DNA of 64,000 nucleotides from Escherichia coli (GTDB lineage Bacteria; Pseudomonadota; Gammaproteobacteria; Enterobacterales; Enterobacteriaceae): NCBI RefSeq assembly GCF_041248615.1, contig NZ_CP158426.1; one strand, 5' to 3'. Shown piece by piece: positions 32,375 to 44,860 of this stretch (position 1 is its first letter; each line of letters starts with the position of its first letter). The notes under the pieces were generated by a model. It saw only the letters and a program-made list of their open reading frames with translations, ran no database searches and was not told where the DNA came from. The position numbers and the translations under genes were made by a program.

Positions 32375-32968
32375 TCATTTTTTACGTGCCAGCATCGTGG
32401 CGAAACGCAGTTTAATACGATTACCGTTGGCGTCGGTGCGGTGCAGCTCGCCGACGTCTTCATTGTATTTCACCCTCTCCCAGCCTTCGTAATATCGACG
32501 TAATTCTCCCTCTTTGAAGGCAAACGGGAAGCCGACGGTACATGGATAATCAGCGGTATCCATCGCCGCCACAATCAGGTTGTAACCGCCAGGTTTAGTG
32601 CAACGTTGCATATTGGCAATCAGCCCTGGGATGGTTTTAGCCTCAAGGAACATCAGCACCACAGTCGAAAGAATAAAATCGTATTGCCCATCAAACGTGA
32701 GGTTATTCAGATCAACGACCCGGGTGTGTAAATTATCCAGATTTTCAATGGATTTAATGCGCTCGACGTTGGCGATACTCATGGCATTTTTATCCCATGC
32801 GTCAACTTCATAACCATTGGCTGCCAGGTAAAGACTGTTACGACCATTGCCACAGCCCAGATCCAGCGTTTTACCGGGTTTAACCACTTTCACCGCTTCC
32901 AGTACTTCAGAGTGTGTGCGGGTTAATTCATACTTATCAGTAAAATAGTTTTCGTCACGAATGATCAT
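32375..32968 (-). CDS. tehB: Tellurite resistance SAM-dependent methyltransferase
   Basis: ORF track; SAM-binding motif [15 protein letters not shown]. Confidence 0.9.
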   Translation of the reverse strand: MIIRDENYFTDKYELTRTHSEVLEAVKVVKPGKTLDLGCGNGRNSLYLAANGYEVDAWDKNAMSIANVERIKSIENLDNLHTRVVDLNNLTFDGQYDFILSTVVLMFLEAKTIPGLIANMQRCTKPGGYNLIVAAMDTADYPCTVGFPFAFKEGELRRYYEGWERVKYNEDVGELHRTDANGNRIKLRFATMLARKK

Positions 32969-33957
32969 TCTTTGTCCTCTGCTTTCATTAAAACGGCGCG
33001 CTCGGTTCTGATTAACAATTTTCCTTGCATCAGAAGCGCAAAAGTACGGATGAGCAGTATTGCAATAATAAAATTGGTAAAGATAAACAGCGGCACCGCC
33101 AGCGTATGGAAAAATCCATTATCGCTGCCACTCCCCAGATGCAAACCGGTGGTTGCCAGTGCAGATACGCCGAACGAGAAACTCCAGAATGAAGCATTAA
33201 ATGGCTGGGAGAGATACCATGGCATCAGACGTAGCATAAACAGCAGTTGCAGCAGCCCATAACCGAAAAGCATTTTCGCCAGCGTGTCACCCTCGCCGCC
33301 GTTGACGCTCAGCCAGGCACTACAGGCCACGAGCGCAGGAGCGAGCTGAATGCCGAGTGATGTCCGCAGCGCCGTGGGTAATTCTCCCGAACTGCGCAGA
33401 CGCTGCAAGATCACCGGTTCCAGGCTTAACCATGAGAAAACGCCTGCGCCTAAAAACACCAGACCGGCGTCGGTGTAGCCCAATGCACCACAGGCCATTG
33501 CGCTGATAAAGTTGTTGGCAACTGTCGGCAGATACAGTCCAGGCGTGGTAGCTTCTTCAGGGTGAGATCCGCGCCATAATCCCGCAGTTTGCCATGCGGC
33601 ATAAGCCAGTTGCACCACGACACCAAAACTGAACAGGCACACCGCCAGTGGGCGAAACCACGGAACAAAACCAATCGCCACCAGCATCGTCGTTGCCGGA
33701 AACAAACTCACAAAACTGCTCAGCACTGGATGGCGCACTTCCGCCAGCACGCTATGCGGAAAGCGTATGAGTCGGGTAATAAATGCGCCAGTCAATAATC
33801 CCCAGATGATCATCGCCAGAATCACCAGCCCATCCCCTAACCAGTGGCTGACCTGCCAAACCTGGCTGGCATAGCGCCAGGCAAATCCCATCCCTATCGT
33901 CCCCAACACAATACCAAAATAGCCTGCCGGCAAATTGAGCACTTTATCGCTCTGCAT
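32965..33957 (-). CDS. tehA: Tellurite resistance / dicarboxylate-type membrane transporter TehA, 330 aa
   Basis: ORF track trimmed to ATG 33957 ([25 protein letters not shown]...); 10 TM; stop overlaps tehB start. Confidence 0.9.
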   Translation of the reverse strand: MQSDKVLNLPAGYFGIVLGTIGMGFAWRYASQVWQVSHWLGDGLVILAMIIWGLLTGAFITRLIRFPHSVLAEVRHPVLSSFVSLFPATTMLVAIGFVPWFRPLAVCLFSFGVVVQLAYAAWQTAGLWRGSHPEEATTPGLYLPTVANNFISAMACGALGYTDAGLVFLGAGVFSWLSLEPVILQRLRSSGELPTALRTSLGIQLAPALVACSAWLSVNGGEGDTLAKMLFGYGLLQLLFMLRLMPWYLSQPFNASFWSFSFGVSALATTGLHLGSGSDNGFFHTLAVPLFIFTNFIIAILLIRTFALLMQGKLLIRTERAVLMKAEDKE

Positions 33958-34080
33958 CTTCTTACTCATTTTGTTTAATTTATAAAGTATATTTGAAATG
34001 CATTTTATGGAATTTTCTCGAGCATAGCCAGAGCCGCAGAATTTGCTACGGTTATAGTAAGTCACCTGTGGGAAAACGCT

Positions 34081-35061
34081 ATGCGCAAATATCGTCTAAG
34101 TGAAGAACAGCGAGCCTTTAGTTATCAGGAAGATGGCACTAAAAAAAATGTGTTATTACGGCAGATTATCGCCATTAGCGATTTTAACGATGTGATAGCA
34201 GGAACCGCTGGCGGCTGGATCGATCGCGAAACGGTGTTAGCACAGGAAGGAAATTGCTGGATTTACGACCAGAATGCTATTGCGTTCGGCGGAACGGTGA
34301 TTTCCGGTAATACGCGTATCACCGGCACCAGCGTGCTGTGGGGAGAGGTTTACGCAACGGATAACGTCTGGATCGATAATAGTGAAATCAGCCAGGGTGC
34401 ATATATAAGTGACAGTGTCACCATTCATGACTCATTAGTTTACGGGCAATGTAGAATATTTGGTCACGCCTTAATTGATCAACATTCTATGATCGTCGCC
34501 GCACAAGGCTTAACGCCCGACCATCAACTCCTGCTACAAATTTATGATCGCGCAAGGGTTAGCGCCTCGCGTATTGTTCACCAGGCACAAATTTATGGCG
34601 ATGCCGTCGTCCGGTATGCTTTTATTGAACATCGCGCCGAAGTTTTTGATTTTGCCAGCGTTGAAGGTAATGAAGAGAACAACGTCTGGCTATGCGATTG
34701 CGCTAAAGTCTACGGTCACGCGCAGGTGAAAGCTGGCATAGAAGAAGATGCCATTCCGACGATTCATTACAGTTCGCAGGTGGCGGAATATGCCATTGTG
34801 GAAGGTAATTGTGTGTTAAAACATCATGTCTTGATTGGCGGAAATGCCGTGGTACGTGGCGGACCGATTCTGCTCGACGAGCACGTTGTAATACAAGGTG
34901 AGAGCCGTATTACAGGTGCGGTGATAATTGAAAAACATGTGGAGTTAACCGACCACGCCGTCGTTGAAGCCTTTGATGGCGACACGGTTCATGTCCGTGG
35001 TCCAAAAGTCATTAACGGCGAGGAGCGCATTACGCGAACGCCGCTGGCAGGGTTATTGTGA
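34081..35061 (+). CDS. ydcK: Left-handed beta-helix (hexapeptide-like repeat) protein YdcK
   Basis: ORF track; repetitive isoleucine-patch repeats. Confidence 0.85.
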   Translation: MRKYRLSEEQRAFSYQEDGTKKNVLLRQIIAISDFNDVIAGTAGGWIDRETVLAQEGNCWIYDQNAIAFGGTVISGNTRITGTSVLWGEVYATDNVWIDNSEISQGAYISDSVTIHDSLVYGQCRIFGHALIDQHSMIVAAQGLTPDHQLLLQIYDRARVSASRIVHQAQIYGDAVVRYAFIEHRAEVFDFASVEGNEENNVWLCDCAKVYGHAQVKAGIEEDAIPTIHYSSQVAEYAIVEGNCVLKHHVLIGGNAVVRGGPILLDEHVVIQGESRITGAVIIEKHVELTDHAVVEAFDGDTVHVRGPKVINGEERITRTPLAGLL

Positions 35062-35592
35062 ATCGATAATACGCGCGTATAAGTTCACATCATCATAGGC
35101 ATCATTCAGGAACTCAGCCTGTTTCAGACAACCTTCAAGGATAAAACCATTGCGCAAAGCGACCTGGTTGCTTTGCGGATTGTCCACCCGACATTTGATC
35201 ACGAAGCGTCTAAGTTCACCAGACTGAGCGTAATGATGAATCAATGCCTGCAGCGCCTGAGAAATGATCCCCTGCCCCTGATGAGATTCGTCCAGCCAGT
35301 AGCCGATTTCAGCGGTTTTATTCAGTGGTTCAATACGATTAAACGAGATAACGCCGATAAGTTCATCTTCTTTGAAAATCATGAACATTTTGGCATATCC
35401 GCGTTGATGCAACATTACATTGCCCTGCACCGTTTTTCGCGTGTCCTCTTCACTTTGAACAAACTGCGGCCAGTTTAGCGACTGCTGTAACCAGGTTCTA
35501 TTTTTACAGATTAACTGATAAAGAGGTGTGACATGACTTTCTGCAACAGCATGTAATTCAAGTGATTCACTTACTTTTATCGTTTCGGTCAT
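35053..35592 (-). CDS. rimL: Ribosomal protein L7/L12 serine N-acetyltransferase (GNAT), 179 aa
   Basis: ORF track trimmed to [16 protein letters not shown]...; GNAT fold. Confidence 0.9.
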   Translation of the reverse strand: MTETIKVSESLELHAVAESHVTPLYQLICKNRTWLQQSLNWPQFVQSEEDTRKTVQGNVMLHQRGYAKMFMIFKEDELIGVISFNRIEPLNKTAEIGYWLDESHQGQGIISQALQALIHHYAQSGELRRFVIKCRVDNPQSNQVALRNGFILEGCLKQAEFLNDAYDDVNLYARIIDSQ

Positions 35593-35654
35593 CTTATCTC
35601 CAGTCAATCCATGCAGTTGTTAAAAAAGCCGCCTGGCTGGCGGCTTAGGAAAGT

Positions 35655-35879
35655 TTACACCTCTTTGACGCTCTCCTGCTGCAGGATTTTGAGCATCTCA
35701 TCTTTTAACTGTAGCTTTTGTTTTTTCATGCGGACCACTTCCGCATTGTACCCTCGACCGTCGGAACCTTCCTTTCTGGCAATTTCATGATCAAGTTTAT
35801 TGTGTTTATCGAACAAGGACATAAAGCGAGGATTTTCGTTTTTCAGACGGGATATTAAATCTCGGTATTCTGGAAACAT
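35655..35879 (-). CDS. ydcH: Small uncharacterized protein YdcH (DUF465-like), 74 aa
   Basis: ORF track trimmed to MFPEYRDLISRLKNENPRF... Confidence 0.75.
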   Translation of the reverse strand: MFPEYRDLISRLKNENPRFMSLFDKHNKLDHEIARKEGSDGRGYNAEVVRMKKQKLQLKDEMLKILQQESVKEV

Positions 35880-36018
35880 ACGCACTCCCTGTTAGTGGCT
35901 GACAAGGTGTATCTGAAATACACACTATCAGATTACTCATTTAACTTAGGGAAAAATGCGAGCGGGATCGTGTTTAACCAGACGGCACCTCCCGAAGAAG
36001 GTGCCGAAGAAAAAACGA

Positions 36019-37674
36019 TTAACTCATCACGCGGTCGTCAACATACTGACGTTTATCCGGCGCTGGCGGGAAATACTGATACAGCCATGTTTCACTGATA
36101 GCGTCGCCCTGACAACGCAGATACATCCGCATATCGACCGGATCAGTGGAGTCCGAAGTCGGATACCAGTCAAACTGAATACGATAACCATCAATGGGTT
36201 CAATATAGAGAATTTCGATTTGCTTCGCTTCCCCACTGGAAAGCGTAATCACCGGCTCAATGCCTTTTGGTGCGGCAGCTTTCAGATCACCACCAACGAA
36301 ATCGACGGCAAAACGACGCGCCCATTTTTCGGGATAGTGTTCACCTGGCGCCCAACCTTCCGGGAAACCGCCCATGCCGGTACGCGTCGCCATAACGCGC
36401 GCTAATGGGCAATGAACAGGCGGTTGCGCACTCCAGTACAGACGATACTGGAATGCAAACTCATCACCCGCTTTTACAGCTTTTTCTGGCTGCCAGAAGA
36501 AGACAATGTTATCCAGCGTTTCACCCGTAGTTGGGATTTCCATCAGGCCGATGGTGCCCTTACCCCACTTGTTACGCGGTTCCACCCACAGACTTGGGCG
36601 TTTGTTATACCAGCCCATAATGTCCTGATAATGAGAGAAATCACGATCCAGTTGCAATAAACCAAACCCTTTCGGGTTGTTGTCGGTGTAAGCATTGAAC
36701 TGCAATTTTTGCGGATTGTTCAGCGGACGGCAAATCCACTCGCCGTTGCCCCGCCACATGGACAGACGATCAGAGTCATGGATTTGCGGATGAATGGTGT
36801 CGCACATCCGACGTTCATTAGTACCGCAGCTGAACATGCTGGTCATCGGCGCAATGCCCAGCTGTTTAATGTCTTTGCGCGCATACAGGTGATTTTCCAC
36901 ATCCATAATCACCTGACTTTTCTCACAATGGATAGTGAACTTATAGGCACCAGTAATGCTGGCGCTATCGAGCAACGCATAAACGGTAAAGGTGGTTGCC
37001 CCCGGTTTTACCGTATCAAACCAGAAGGCGGTAAAGTCGGGGAACTCTTCTTTACTGTCGGTGTAAGTGTCGATCGCCAGGCCGCGAGCCGATAGACCGT
37101 ATTGATATGTGTCGTCAACGGCGCGGAAATAACTCGCACCGAGGAATGATACGACATCACGGCGCGCCAGTTCGGGGGCTTTAAACACGCGAAAACCGGC
37201 AAAACCGAGATCGCTTTGCCCTTCTAATTGTTTGGTATCAACACCCGCATCGTTGTATTTGAACAACTCCGGGCGAAAGTGAATTTCACGCGCCAGATGT
37301 GTTGCGGGATCTACAGAAAACATACGAACGCGGCGACGGAATCCCATTCCCATATGGAAGAACTGAGCGTCCAGTTGACGGTTCTCAACGTTATGCCAGA
37401 GCGATTTTTCGGCGTCGTATTGAATACTGTTATAAGCCTGCGGCGTCATTGTCGCCAGAGTGTCAGGTAACGGACGCGGCGCACCTCGCCACGCTGTTTG
37501 CGCTAAGTCGTGCGCCATTGACTGTAGAATGGAGAAGTCAAAACGTTGGGTTTGCCCGTCGGCAATATCAGAATCTGCCGCGAATGCCGCCTGAGAAAAA
37601 AGAGAAGCAATGCCGCTGGTACCGCACACGGCGGCCATAGCCATTGAACCTTTAATAAATCGTCTACGATCCAT
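36019..37674 (-). CDS. opgD: Periplasmic glucans biosynthesis protein D (Tat signal RRRFIKGS)
   Basis: ORF track; twin-arginine signal peptide [26 protein letters not shown]; OpgG/OpgD family length. Confidence 0.9.
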   Translation of the reverse strand: MDRRRFIKGSMAMAAVCGTSGIASLFSQAAFAADSDIADGQTQRFDFSILQSMAHDLAQTAWRGAPRPLPDTLATMTPQAYNSIQYDAEKSLWHNVENRQLDAQFFHMGMGFRRRVRMFSVDPATHLAREIHFRPELFKYNDAGVDTKQLEGQSDLGFAGFRVFKAPELARRDVVSFLGASYFRAVDDTYQYGLSARGLAIDTYTDSKEEFPDFTAFWFDTVKPGATTFTVYALLDSASITGAYKFTIHCEKSQVIMDVENHLYARKDIKQLGIAPMTSMFSCGTNERRMCDTIHPQIHDSDRLSMWRGNGEWICRPLNNPQKLQFNAYTDNNPKGFGLLQLDRDFSHYQDIMGWYNKRPSLWVEPRNKWGKGTIGLMEIPTTGETLDNIVFFWQPEKAVKAGDEFAFQYRLYWSAQPPVHCPLARVMATRTGMGGFPEGWAPGEHYPEKWARRFAVDFVGGDLKAAAPKGIEPVITLSSGEAKQIEILYIEPIDGYRIQFDWYPTSDSTDPVDMRMYLRCQGDAISETWLYQYFPPAPDKRQYVDDRVMS

Positions 37675-37898
37675 ACCTGAAAGTGAGTCCTTCTGGTGTT
37701 GTGAATGGTCCCGCGCTGGTCGTTTTCAGCGGCAAGAAAGTGCTTATTTATGACCGCTCACTCTAGACAATATTTATTAATAATCCAATTGTTGAACTGA
37801 GAGAATATGCATAAATCGGCAATTTTTTTATGTCGATGGGATGAGCCTGATTCGTTTGTAAAATCAGGCAAATTTTTGCAAAGGCGGATGGTCAGAGT

Positions 37899-39242
37899 TT
37901 AAAGCAAACCACAGCGACGTTTACTGCGTTCTTCCGCTTCCTGATAAAGCTGGAACTCATCCAAAACCGGGCAGCCCAACGCCTGCTCAAATGCTTCGCG
38001 ACTGGCATTACCGTGACTGCGTGCCTGCGTTTCATTACCCAGATTTGACTGGAAGATCCCCGCCGCGCTAACAGGCAAGAAATCTTCATAGGTAATGGGT
38101 TGCGCCACTACCCAACCACGTTCAATTAAGGGCTGTGGATCGTCTCCGGAATGAATCGCCTGACGATGCGCCTCACCTGAAGGCGTTAGACGGTACCGGA
38201 ACCATGCCAACCCTTGCTGACGCATTAAAAACTCACTGTCAGGAAAAGTGCGGAAGGTTTCCTGTAAATGCATTTGGTGAGTGAGATTATCCTGCCCGGT
38301 TCCAGCGTTACGCAGAAGATCATCATACAGTTGTCGCCCTTTCGGCGTTAATGCCACACCACGCTGCTCTATTTCACCAAAGCGCGCGGTATGCGTACCC
38401 TGTTTCTGCCCTGCAAACAACACCGTCTCTTCCAGTGCTTTAAAGCTGGTCTGGCGTAGTAAAATCGGTACCTCGCGGCGCGGCGGCCCTTCGATCAGAA
38501 TTTTGGGTTCAATCCCGCATTCAGGCATCATCGACTGCACCCGGTCAATATCCAGCGTACGTGGCGTCAGGTGGTTGATATGGCATCCAGGAAAACAGAC
38601 CACATCAGCAATTAACCGATGTTCGTTGTGCAAGGCGCGATAGGTTTCTTCATCTACCGTTGCTGACTGGTGCCAACGAAACGTTTCCAGGGCTTCCTGC
38701 ACAAACTCCTGTGCCTGTGTTTCGTTAAAACCGCCCCGCTGCTCATATTCCTCTAACAGTTGTCGACAACGTGGGGTGAAGATATCGCGCTGACGCAGAA
38801 TCTCCGCCGCTTTCTGGCGCAAAATTTCGTTCTCGATAAGCTCAAGGCGGAGTAATGAAGTAAAAACGCGGAAGGGATTACGCGCCAGAGAAGCATCATC
38901 AATGGGCCGAAATGCTGTCGAATGTACCGGCACCCCCGCCTGCGAGAGATCGTAATAGCTCACCGGGTACATCCCCATAATGGCAAACATCCGCCGAAGA
39001 GTAGCAAGCTCTTGTGCAGTCCCAACACGAATCGCCCCATGACGTTCAACATTCAGTCGCGCCAGCTCGTCTGCATTTACCATTTTTTCGTGCAGTTGAG
39101 GATTGTTTTCCAGCACAGCCAGATTCACATCAGCTACCAGTTCCAGCAGCGTGCCGTACTGCGGAACTTCTTGCTGGTACATGGCTGACATTGCCTGCGA
39201 AAACTGTTCCCGAATCTCATCCGCCGTGATGCTGTTCGCCAT
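37899..39242 (-). CDS. ydcJ: Uncharacterized protein YdcJ (DUF1338-type, 447 aa)
   Basis: ORF track; synteny between opgD and ydcI. Confidence 0.85.
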   Translation of the reverse strand: MANSITADEIREQFSQAMSAMYQQEVPQYGTLLELVADVNLAVLENNPQLHEKMVNADELARLNVERHGAIRVGTAQELATLRRMFAIMGMYPVSYYDLSQAGVPVHSTAFRPIDDASLARNPFRVFTSLLRLELIENEILRQKAAEILRQRDIFTPRCRQLLEEYEQRGGFNETQAQEFVQEALETFRWHQSATVDEETYRALHNEHRLIADVVCFPGCHINHLTPRTLDIDRVQSMMPECGIEPKILIEGPPRREVPILLRQTSFKALEETVLFAGQKQGTHTARFGEIEQRGVALTPKGRQLYDDLLRNAGTGQDNLTHQMHLQETFRTFPDSEFLMRQQGLAWFRYRLTPSGEAHRQAIHSGDDPQPLIERGWVVAQPITYEDFLPVSAAGIFQSNLGNETQARSHGNASREAFEQALGCPVLDEFQLYQEAEERSKRRCGLL

Positions 39243-39458
39243 AGTGTCTGCCTCCAGTGGTCAGTAATCTGGAGTGTAGGTAACCGCATTCACTCCGGCG
39301 GGAAGAATTTACAAACTGTGATCTCGCCGCGAAAACATCAATATTATCCATTTTGCTGTAACATAATTGCTTTAATTGTTAATAATATTTTGCAATCAAG
39401 TTATCATAATCAAACAACTTCACTTGTCAGCGACACCGCTTCGTTTTTAACATCGCTT

Positions 39459-40382
39459 ATGGAAAAAAATAGTCTGTTTAGTCAGCGCATCCGTTTGCGC
39501 CACCTTCATACATTCGTAGCTGTCGCACAACAAGGAACTTTGGGGCGCGCGGCTGAAACCCTTAATTTGAGTCAACCTGCGCTCTCTAAAACATTGAATG
39601 AACTGGAGCAACTGACGGGCGCTCGCTTGTTTGAGCGTGGTCGTCAGGGGGCGCAACTTACCTTACCCGGCGAACAATTTTTAACGCATGCAGTCAGAGT
39701 TCTTGACGCCATCAACACTGCCGGACAGTCGCTTCATCGTAAAGAAGGTCTTAATAATGATGTCGTCAGGGTTGGTGCACTACCTACTGCGGCACTGGGG
39801 ATATTACCTTCGGTTATAGGTCAGTTTCATCAGCAACAAAAAGAAACGACCTTGCAAGTTGCGACAATGAGTAACCCTATGATTCTGGCGGGTTTGAAAA
39901 CCGGGGAAATCGATATCGGCATTGGTCGGATGTCAGATCCTGAACTGATGACCGGGCTTAATTACGAACTGCTGTTTCTTGAATCGCTGAAGCTGGTTGT
40001 CCGCCCCAATCATCCGCTACTTCAGGAGAACGTAACGCTAAGCCGGGTGCTGGAATGGCCGGTCGTTGTATCACCAGAAGGCACTGCGCCACGCCAGCAT
40101 TCAGATGCATTAGTGCAGAGCCAGGGATGTAAAATTCCTTCGGGTTGTATCGAAACGCTGTCTGCTTCGCTATCTCGTCAACTTACGGTTGAATACGACT
40201 ACGTGTGGTTTGTCCCTTCTGGCGCGGTAAAAGACGACCTGCGTCATGCCACGCTGGTGGCCCTGCCTGTTCCGGGACATGGTGCAGGCGAACCGATTGG
40301 AATACTGACCCGCGTAGATGCAACGTTCTCTTCTGGTTGCCAGTTGATGATTAACGCTATTCGAAAATCAATGCCGTTCTGA
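39459..40382 (+). CDS. ydcI: LysR-family transcriptional regulator, 307 aa
   Basis: ORF track trimmed to ATG 39459 (MEKNSLFSQRIRLRHLHTFVAVAQQGTLGRAAE...); LysR HTH. Confidence 0.85.
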   Translation: MEKNSLFSQRIRLRHLHTFVAVAQQGTLGRAAETLNLSQPALSKTLNELEQLTGARLFERGRQGAQLTLPGEQFLTHAVRVLDAINTAGQSLHRKEGLNNDVVRVGALPTAALGILPSVIGQFHQQQKETTLQVATMSNPMILAGLKTGEIDIGIGRMSDPELMTGLNYELLFLESLKLVVRPNHPLLQENVTLSRVLEWPVVVSPEGTAPRQHSDALVQSQGCKIPSGCIETLSASLSRQLTVEYDYVWFVPSGAVKDDLRHATLVALPVPGHGAGEPIGILTRVDATFSSGCQLMINAIRKSMPF

Positions 40383-40420
40383 AAGGTGAAGGGATCTGTC
40401 GATCCCTTCCTTGAACATTT

Positions 40421-42061
40421 TCACACCGTAGCGAAACTAACTTGTTCACCCGCTCCGCGAGGTTCTGCCAACACAGAATGTTTGTTCAGACGGAATACGT
40501 CCACCGCCTCAGTTAATCGTGCCGCCTGTTCTTCAAGGGACACCGCCGCCGCTGAGGCCTCTTCTACCAGAGAAGCATTCTGTTGCGTCACCTTATCCAT
40601 TTCAGAAATCGCCTGGCTAACCTGAGTTATGCCTCTGCTTTGTTCATCCGAGGCAGCGGCGATTTCCTGCATGATATGTGTGACACTCGCGACGGCATCA
40701 ACAATAGTGCTCATGGTTTTCCCTGCCATTGCCACCTCATCCGACCCCAGGTCAATTAACCTGACTGATTCACTGATCAAGCCTTCAATCTCTTTCGCCG
40801 CCTGAGCGCTGCGGCTTGCGAGTGTCCGTACTTCGCTGGCGACAACGGCAAATCCACGCCCTTGCTCACCCGCTCGCGCGGCTTCAACGGCAGCATTCAG
40901 TGCCAGAATATTCGTCTGGAAAGCAATACTGTTGATGACGGCGGTGATCTCAGAAATTTTCTTCGAACTCGTGGAGATAGCGCCCATCGTTTTTACTACA
41001 CCGGAAACCGTCTGCCCGCCATCGCTGGCTTTAATAGAAGCCTCTTGCGCCAGTTTGCTGGCATGATGCGCGTTATCCGCATTCTGTTTCACCGTCGCAG
41101 TAAGTTGCTCCATGCTGGCGGCAGTTTGTTCGATAGCCGCCGCTTGTTCTTCGGTGCGAGATGACAGGTCCGCATTGCCAGCTGAAATTTCGCTGGTGCC
41201 ACGATAAATCTCTTCCGCACCCTGTCGAACAGTCCCTACTGTCATCCCCAGTGAATGCTGCATTTGCTGTAAATGACGACTTAAGCGACCGATTTCATTA
41301 CGACCCGCCGGTTCATCATTCATCGTCAGATCGCCACTGGCGATTTTTTCAATCCGTTGTGCGGCATGTTGCAGTGGACGAATGACGATCCGACGTAGCA
41401 CTATAAATGTTATCAGCGTCATGACCAGGGCAAGCACAAACGCGCCAATCATGAACATCCCACCCAGGCGGGTGCGCTGATGGGCCAGTTCCGCCAGTTG
41501 GTTGGCTCTGGCGCTACGTATCTTAACGGCTTTGCTCAAAATATCGGTATAAGCATTATCCAGCGGTCGGATCTGCTCACTTTCATGATTGATAATCGCT
41601 TCAAACATGCCATTTTTGGCATATTTCAACATCGGTTGCATACCCGTGATATAAGCCTGGAAGCGTTGATTTAATTCAGTGTCGAGGGCTTCATCAGCAG
41701 GTGTTTTCACCGACCGATTCTGATAAGCACGATAACCTTGCTGCGACTGTTTAATCTCCGATTCGGCTTGCGCAATATTTCGCTTCATTGCTTCCATTTC
41801 AGCAATACGACTCGCAGCACCAGCCTGAATCATATTGATCCGGGCTGAACGCAAAAAATCTGAACTGTTCGCTAACCCGGTCCGAATCTCAATCTCCGCA
41901 GTAACATCACGCTGATCGCGATCGGCCTGCCAAAGGAAATAGCCGGCCAGGGCTGAACTTAATGCGAATAGAACTAAGATACCGCCAAGAATGCAGGCAA
42001 ATAACGGAACCAGCCTGATGTGATGCAAAAAACCTAATCGCTGTGAGGGAGTTGTATTCAT
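40421..42061 (-). CDS. trg: Methyl-accepting chemotaxis protein III (ribose/galactose sensor)
   Basis: ORF track; MCP architecture (two TM, HAMP, highly conserved signalling domain, C-terminal methylation region). Confidence 0.95.
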   Translation of the reverse strand: MNTTPSQRLGFLHHIRLVPLFACILGGILVLFALSSALAGYFLWQADRDQRDVTAEIEIRTGLANSSDFLRSARINMIQAGAASRIAEMEAMKRNIAQAESEIKQSQQGYRAYQNRSVKTPADEALDTELNQRFQAYITGMQPMLKYAKNGMFEAIINHESEQIRPLDNAYTDILSKAVKIRSARANQLAELAHQRTRLGGMFMIGAFVLALVMTLITFIVLRRIVIRPLQHAAQRIEKIASGDLTMNDEPAGRNEIGRLSRHLQQMQHSLGMTVGTVRQGAEEIYRGTSEISAGNADLSSRTEEQAAAIEQTAASMEQLTATVKQNADNAHHASKLAQEASIKASDGGQTVSGVVKTMGAISTSSKKISEITAVINSIAFQTNILALNAAVEAARAGEQGRGFAVVASEVRTLASRSAQAAKEIEGLISESVRLIDLGSDEVAMAGKTMSTIVDAVASVTHIMQEIAAASDEQSRGITQVSQAISEMDKVTQQNASLVEEASAAAVSLEEQAARLTEAVDVFRLNKHSVLAEPRGAGEQVSFATV

Positions 42062-42100
42062 TACCGTTGTCTCTCTTCCAGGTTTACTCCTGATAGAAAG

Positions 42101-42127
42101 TCATCGGCACTTGACGGTAATTTCTTA
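42101..42127 (-). promoter_or_regulatory. Candidate sigma-28 (FliA) promoter for trg
   Basis: Minus-strand reading TAAGAAAT-N11-GCCGATGA resembles the consensus TAAAGTTT-N11-GCCGATAA, about 40 to 65 nt upstream of the trg start. Confidence 0.4.
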
Positions 42128-42401
42128 CGACCAAAAACCTCTTTGCGTCACATTTTTACAACAATTATGGCAGAGAAGAATAATGCCATTGGAATGAAGA
42201 GAGTAACGAATGATTAAACTGGCTAAACCGAATGACGAAAAATTCTGGAAAACAGCACGCAATTTCGTGAAGTGATTATTTTCGTCCCTAAGGAAACCTC
42301 ATAGGATGCCTGCGGGTGCCTGAGACTTTCTGTTTTCAGGCTAACCGGGAATCAGAAAGACGAAGGCCCCGACCGATATTTCTATCAACCGAGGCCAACG
42401 A

Positions 42402-42609
<208 letters not shown>

Positions 42610-42680
42610 GGGCAAGCGCGGGGATTTTCCCCGCGCATCTGACTAGCAGATTCATTTTCTCATGGCACCCCTTTTACACT

Positions 42681-42854
42681 TCAGTTAGTGCATGTTTTTT
42701 TCGATGCACTAATAGAACCATCATTACAGACAAATTTGCCGCCTGCCGTACAGTGTGAGATCCCCCCTTTCGAACCAGAACAGGGTTTGCGCCCGGCATC
42801 GGCATAAAAGGAAACAAGCGTTCCCATAAACAAGATAAGTGCCAGTTTTTTCAT
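42681..42854 (-). CDS. ydcA: Small secreted Cys-rich protein YdcA (57 aa)
   Basis: Read from DNA: MKKLALILFMGTLVSFYADAGRKPCSGSKGGISHCTAGGKFVCNDGSISASKKTCTN with RBS ggaggt. Confidence 0.7.
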   Translation of the reverse strand: MKKLALILFMGTLVSFYADAGRKPCSGSKGGISHCTAGGKFVCNDGSISASKKTCTN

Positions 42855-43024
42855 ATAACCTCCATGGTTTATCGAATCTTATGTTCGATTTGAACGTTAT
42901 ACGCTGGTTTATTTTGATACCGTTGATGAGATCAAAGATCGGGCGAATTGATTAAAGATAAGCCAGATGGACGTATGGATAAGGATTATGGTTTTATTTG
43001 TCATACAAATAAATATAATAGGCG

Positions 43025-43088
43025 CTTCCGATGTAGACCCGTATTCTTCGCCTGTACCACGGGTCGGTTTTAGTACAGGCGTTTTCTT
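43025..43088 (+). ncRNA. rydC: RydC small regulatory RNA (Hfq-dependent, pseudoknotted) with intrinsic terminator
   Basis: cttccgatgtagacccgtattcttcgcctgtaccacgggtcggttttagtacaggcgttttctt matches my recollection of RydC; perfect 9-bp terminator stem (cgcctgtac / gtacaggcg) followed by a T-run; located between ydcA and cybB. Confidence 0.65.
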
Positions 43089-43098
43089 TAAATATCCT

Positions 43099-43629
43099 TC
43101 AGGAACGTTTACGCGGCATCATGCGTAGAAGTGTGTTGTCCTTCCAGAAATAGTGGTGTGCCAGTGCAGCCGCAGCGTGCAACCCGATGACAAAATATCC
43201 CAGATTCGCCAGCATTTCATGCCACGACTTTAAGCTATCAACCCGTTCGAAATTGGCCTCTGATGCATAAGGCATCGTCAAACCAAACGCAAACCACGGG
43301 TTGCCTCGGTTATACATCATCACCAAACCAATCACTGGCAGCGCAATAAACAGGAGATAAATCACCAAATGTCCCAAATGCGCCAGTCCCGTCATCATCG
43401 GTTTTGGCTTAGGTATAATCGGCGGGGTTGGGTATTTCAGCCTTAACAAAAGACGAACGACCATCAGCACGAGAATTGATATGCCACAGGAAACATGAAT
43501 CATGTTGATGAGTGGCCGATCGCTACGTGGGAAGAAACCCCGAAACTCCATTGCGCAATACGCTGCGATAACCAGCATAAAGACCAGCCAGTGAATGCTG
43601 ATTTGTAACCTTGAGTATTTATTTCCCAT
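43099..43629 (-). CDS. cybB: Cytochrome b561, 176 aa
   Basis: ORF track trimmed to MGNKYSRLQISIHWLVF...; four TM with haem-ligand His residues. Confidence 0.9.
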   Translation of the reverse strand: MGNKYSRLQISIHWLVFMLVIAAYCAMEFRGFFPRSDRPLINMIHVSCGISILVLMVVRLLLRLKYPTPPIIPKPKPMMTGLAHLGHLVIYLLFIALPVIGLVMMYNRGNPWFAFGLTMPYASEANFERVDSLKSWHEMLANLGYFVIGLHAAAALAHHYFWKDNTLLRMMPRKRS

Positions 43630-43817
43630 AACATTTCCTGCTTTAACATAATTTTCCGTTAACATAACGGGCTTTTCTTAAAATTTCATTAAATATTGTT
43701 CACCCGTTTTCAGTACGTTACGTTTCACGGCAAGAATGTAGATTGCCCATCCCGCCATCGTGGTCTAAGCCTGGAAAGGATCAATTTTCATCCGAACGTT
43801 CCTGACAGGAGAAGACC

Positions 43818-44819
43818 ATGAGTAAAGTTGGTATTAATGGTTTTGGTCGTATCGGTCGACTGGTGTTGCGTCGATTACTTGAAGTCAAAAGCAACATAGA
43901 CATTGTTGCTATTAATGATCTCACTTCCCCAAAAATTCTCGCCTACCTGTTGAAACATGATTCAAACTACGGACCGTTCCCCTGGAGCGTTGATTTTACG
44001 GAAGATTCACTTATCGTTGATGGAAAAAGTATCGCGGTTTACGCCGAAAAAGAGGCTAAAAATATTCCGTGGAAAGCGAAAGGCGCAGAAATCATTGTCG
44101 AATGTACTGGCTTTTATACCTCCGCCGAGAAATCGCAGGCGCATCTTGATGCTGGTGCGAAGAAGGTGTTGATTTCCGCCCCTGTCGGTGAAATGAAAAC
44201 CATCGTTTATAACGTCAATGACGACACACTGGATGGCAACGACACCATTGTTTCCGTGGCGTCATGCACCACTAATTGTCTTGCACCGATGGCCAAAGCC
44301 TTGCACGACAGTTTCGGAATAGAAGTCGGCACGATGACGACCATTCATGCCTATACCGGCACTCAGTCACTGGTGGATGGCCCGCGTGGTAAAGATCTAC
44401 GCGCTTCACGTGCAGCGGCAGAAAATATCATTCCCCACACTACGGGGGCGGCAAAAGCCATTGGTCTGGTGATCCCAGAACTGAGCGGCAAACTGAAAGG
44501 TCATGCACAACGCGTACCCGTGAAAACCGGTTCGGTGACTGAACTGGTGTCTATTCTTGGAAAAAAAGTGACTGCCGAAGAGGTGAACAACGCGCTTAAA
44601 AACGCGACAAACAATAACGAGTCATTTGGTTATACCGATGAAGAAATAGTCTCTTCCGATATCATTGGCAGCCATTTCGGTTCGGTGTTTGATGCCACGC
44701 AAACCGAAATTACCGCCGTGGGCGATTTACAACTGGTGAAAACGGTCGCCTGGTACGATAACGAATATGGCTTCGTCACGCAGCTTATTCGCACCCTCGA
44801 AAAATTCGCTAAACTCTGA
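43818..44819 (+). CDS. gapC: Glyceraldehyde-3-phosphate dehydrogenase C, intact 333 aa
   Basis: ORF track; NAD-binding GxGxxG (INGFGRIGR) and catalytic SCTTNC motif; uninterrupted frame. Confidence 0.9.
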   Translation: MSKVGINGFGRIGRLVLRRLLEVKSNIDIVAINDLTSPKILAYLLKHDSNYGPFPWSVDFTEDSLIVDGKSIAVYAEKEAKNIPWKAKGAEIIVECTGFYTSAEKSQAHLDAGAKKVLISAPVGEMKTIVYNVNDDTLDGNDTIVSVASCTTNCLAPMAKALHDSFGIEVGTMTTIHAYTGTQSLVDGPRGKDLRASRAAAENIIPHTTGAAKAIGLVIPELSGKLKGHAQRVPVKTGSVTELVSILGKKVTAEEVNNALKNATNNNESFGYTDEEIVSSDIIGSHFGSVFDATQTEITAVGDLQLVKTVAWYDNEYGFVTQLIRTLEKFAKL

Positions 44820-44860
44820 CGCGCACAGGCGGAGGAAAAAACCTCCGCCTCTTTCACTCA

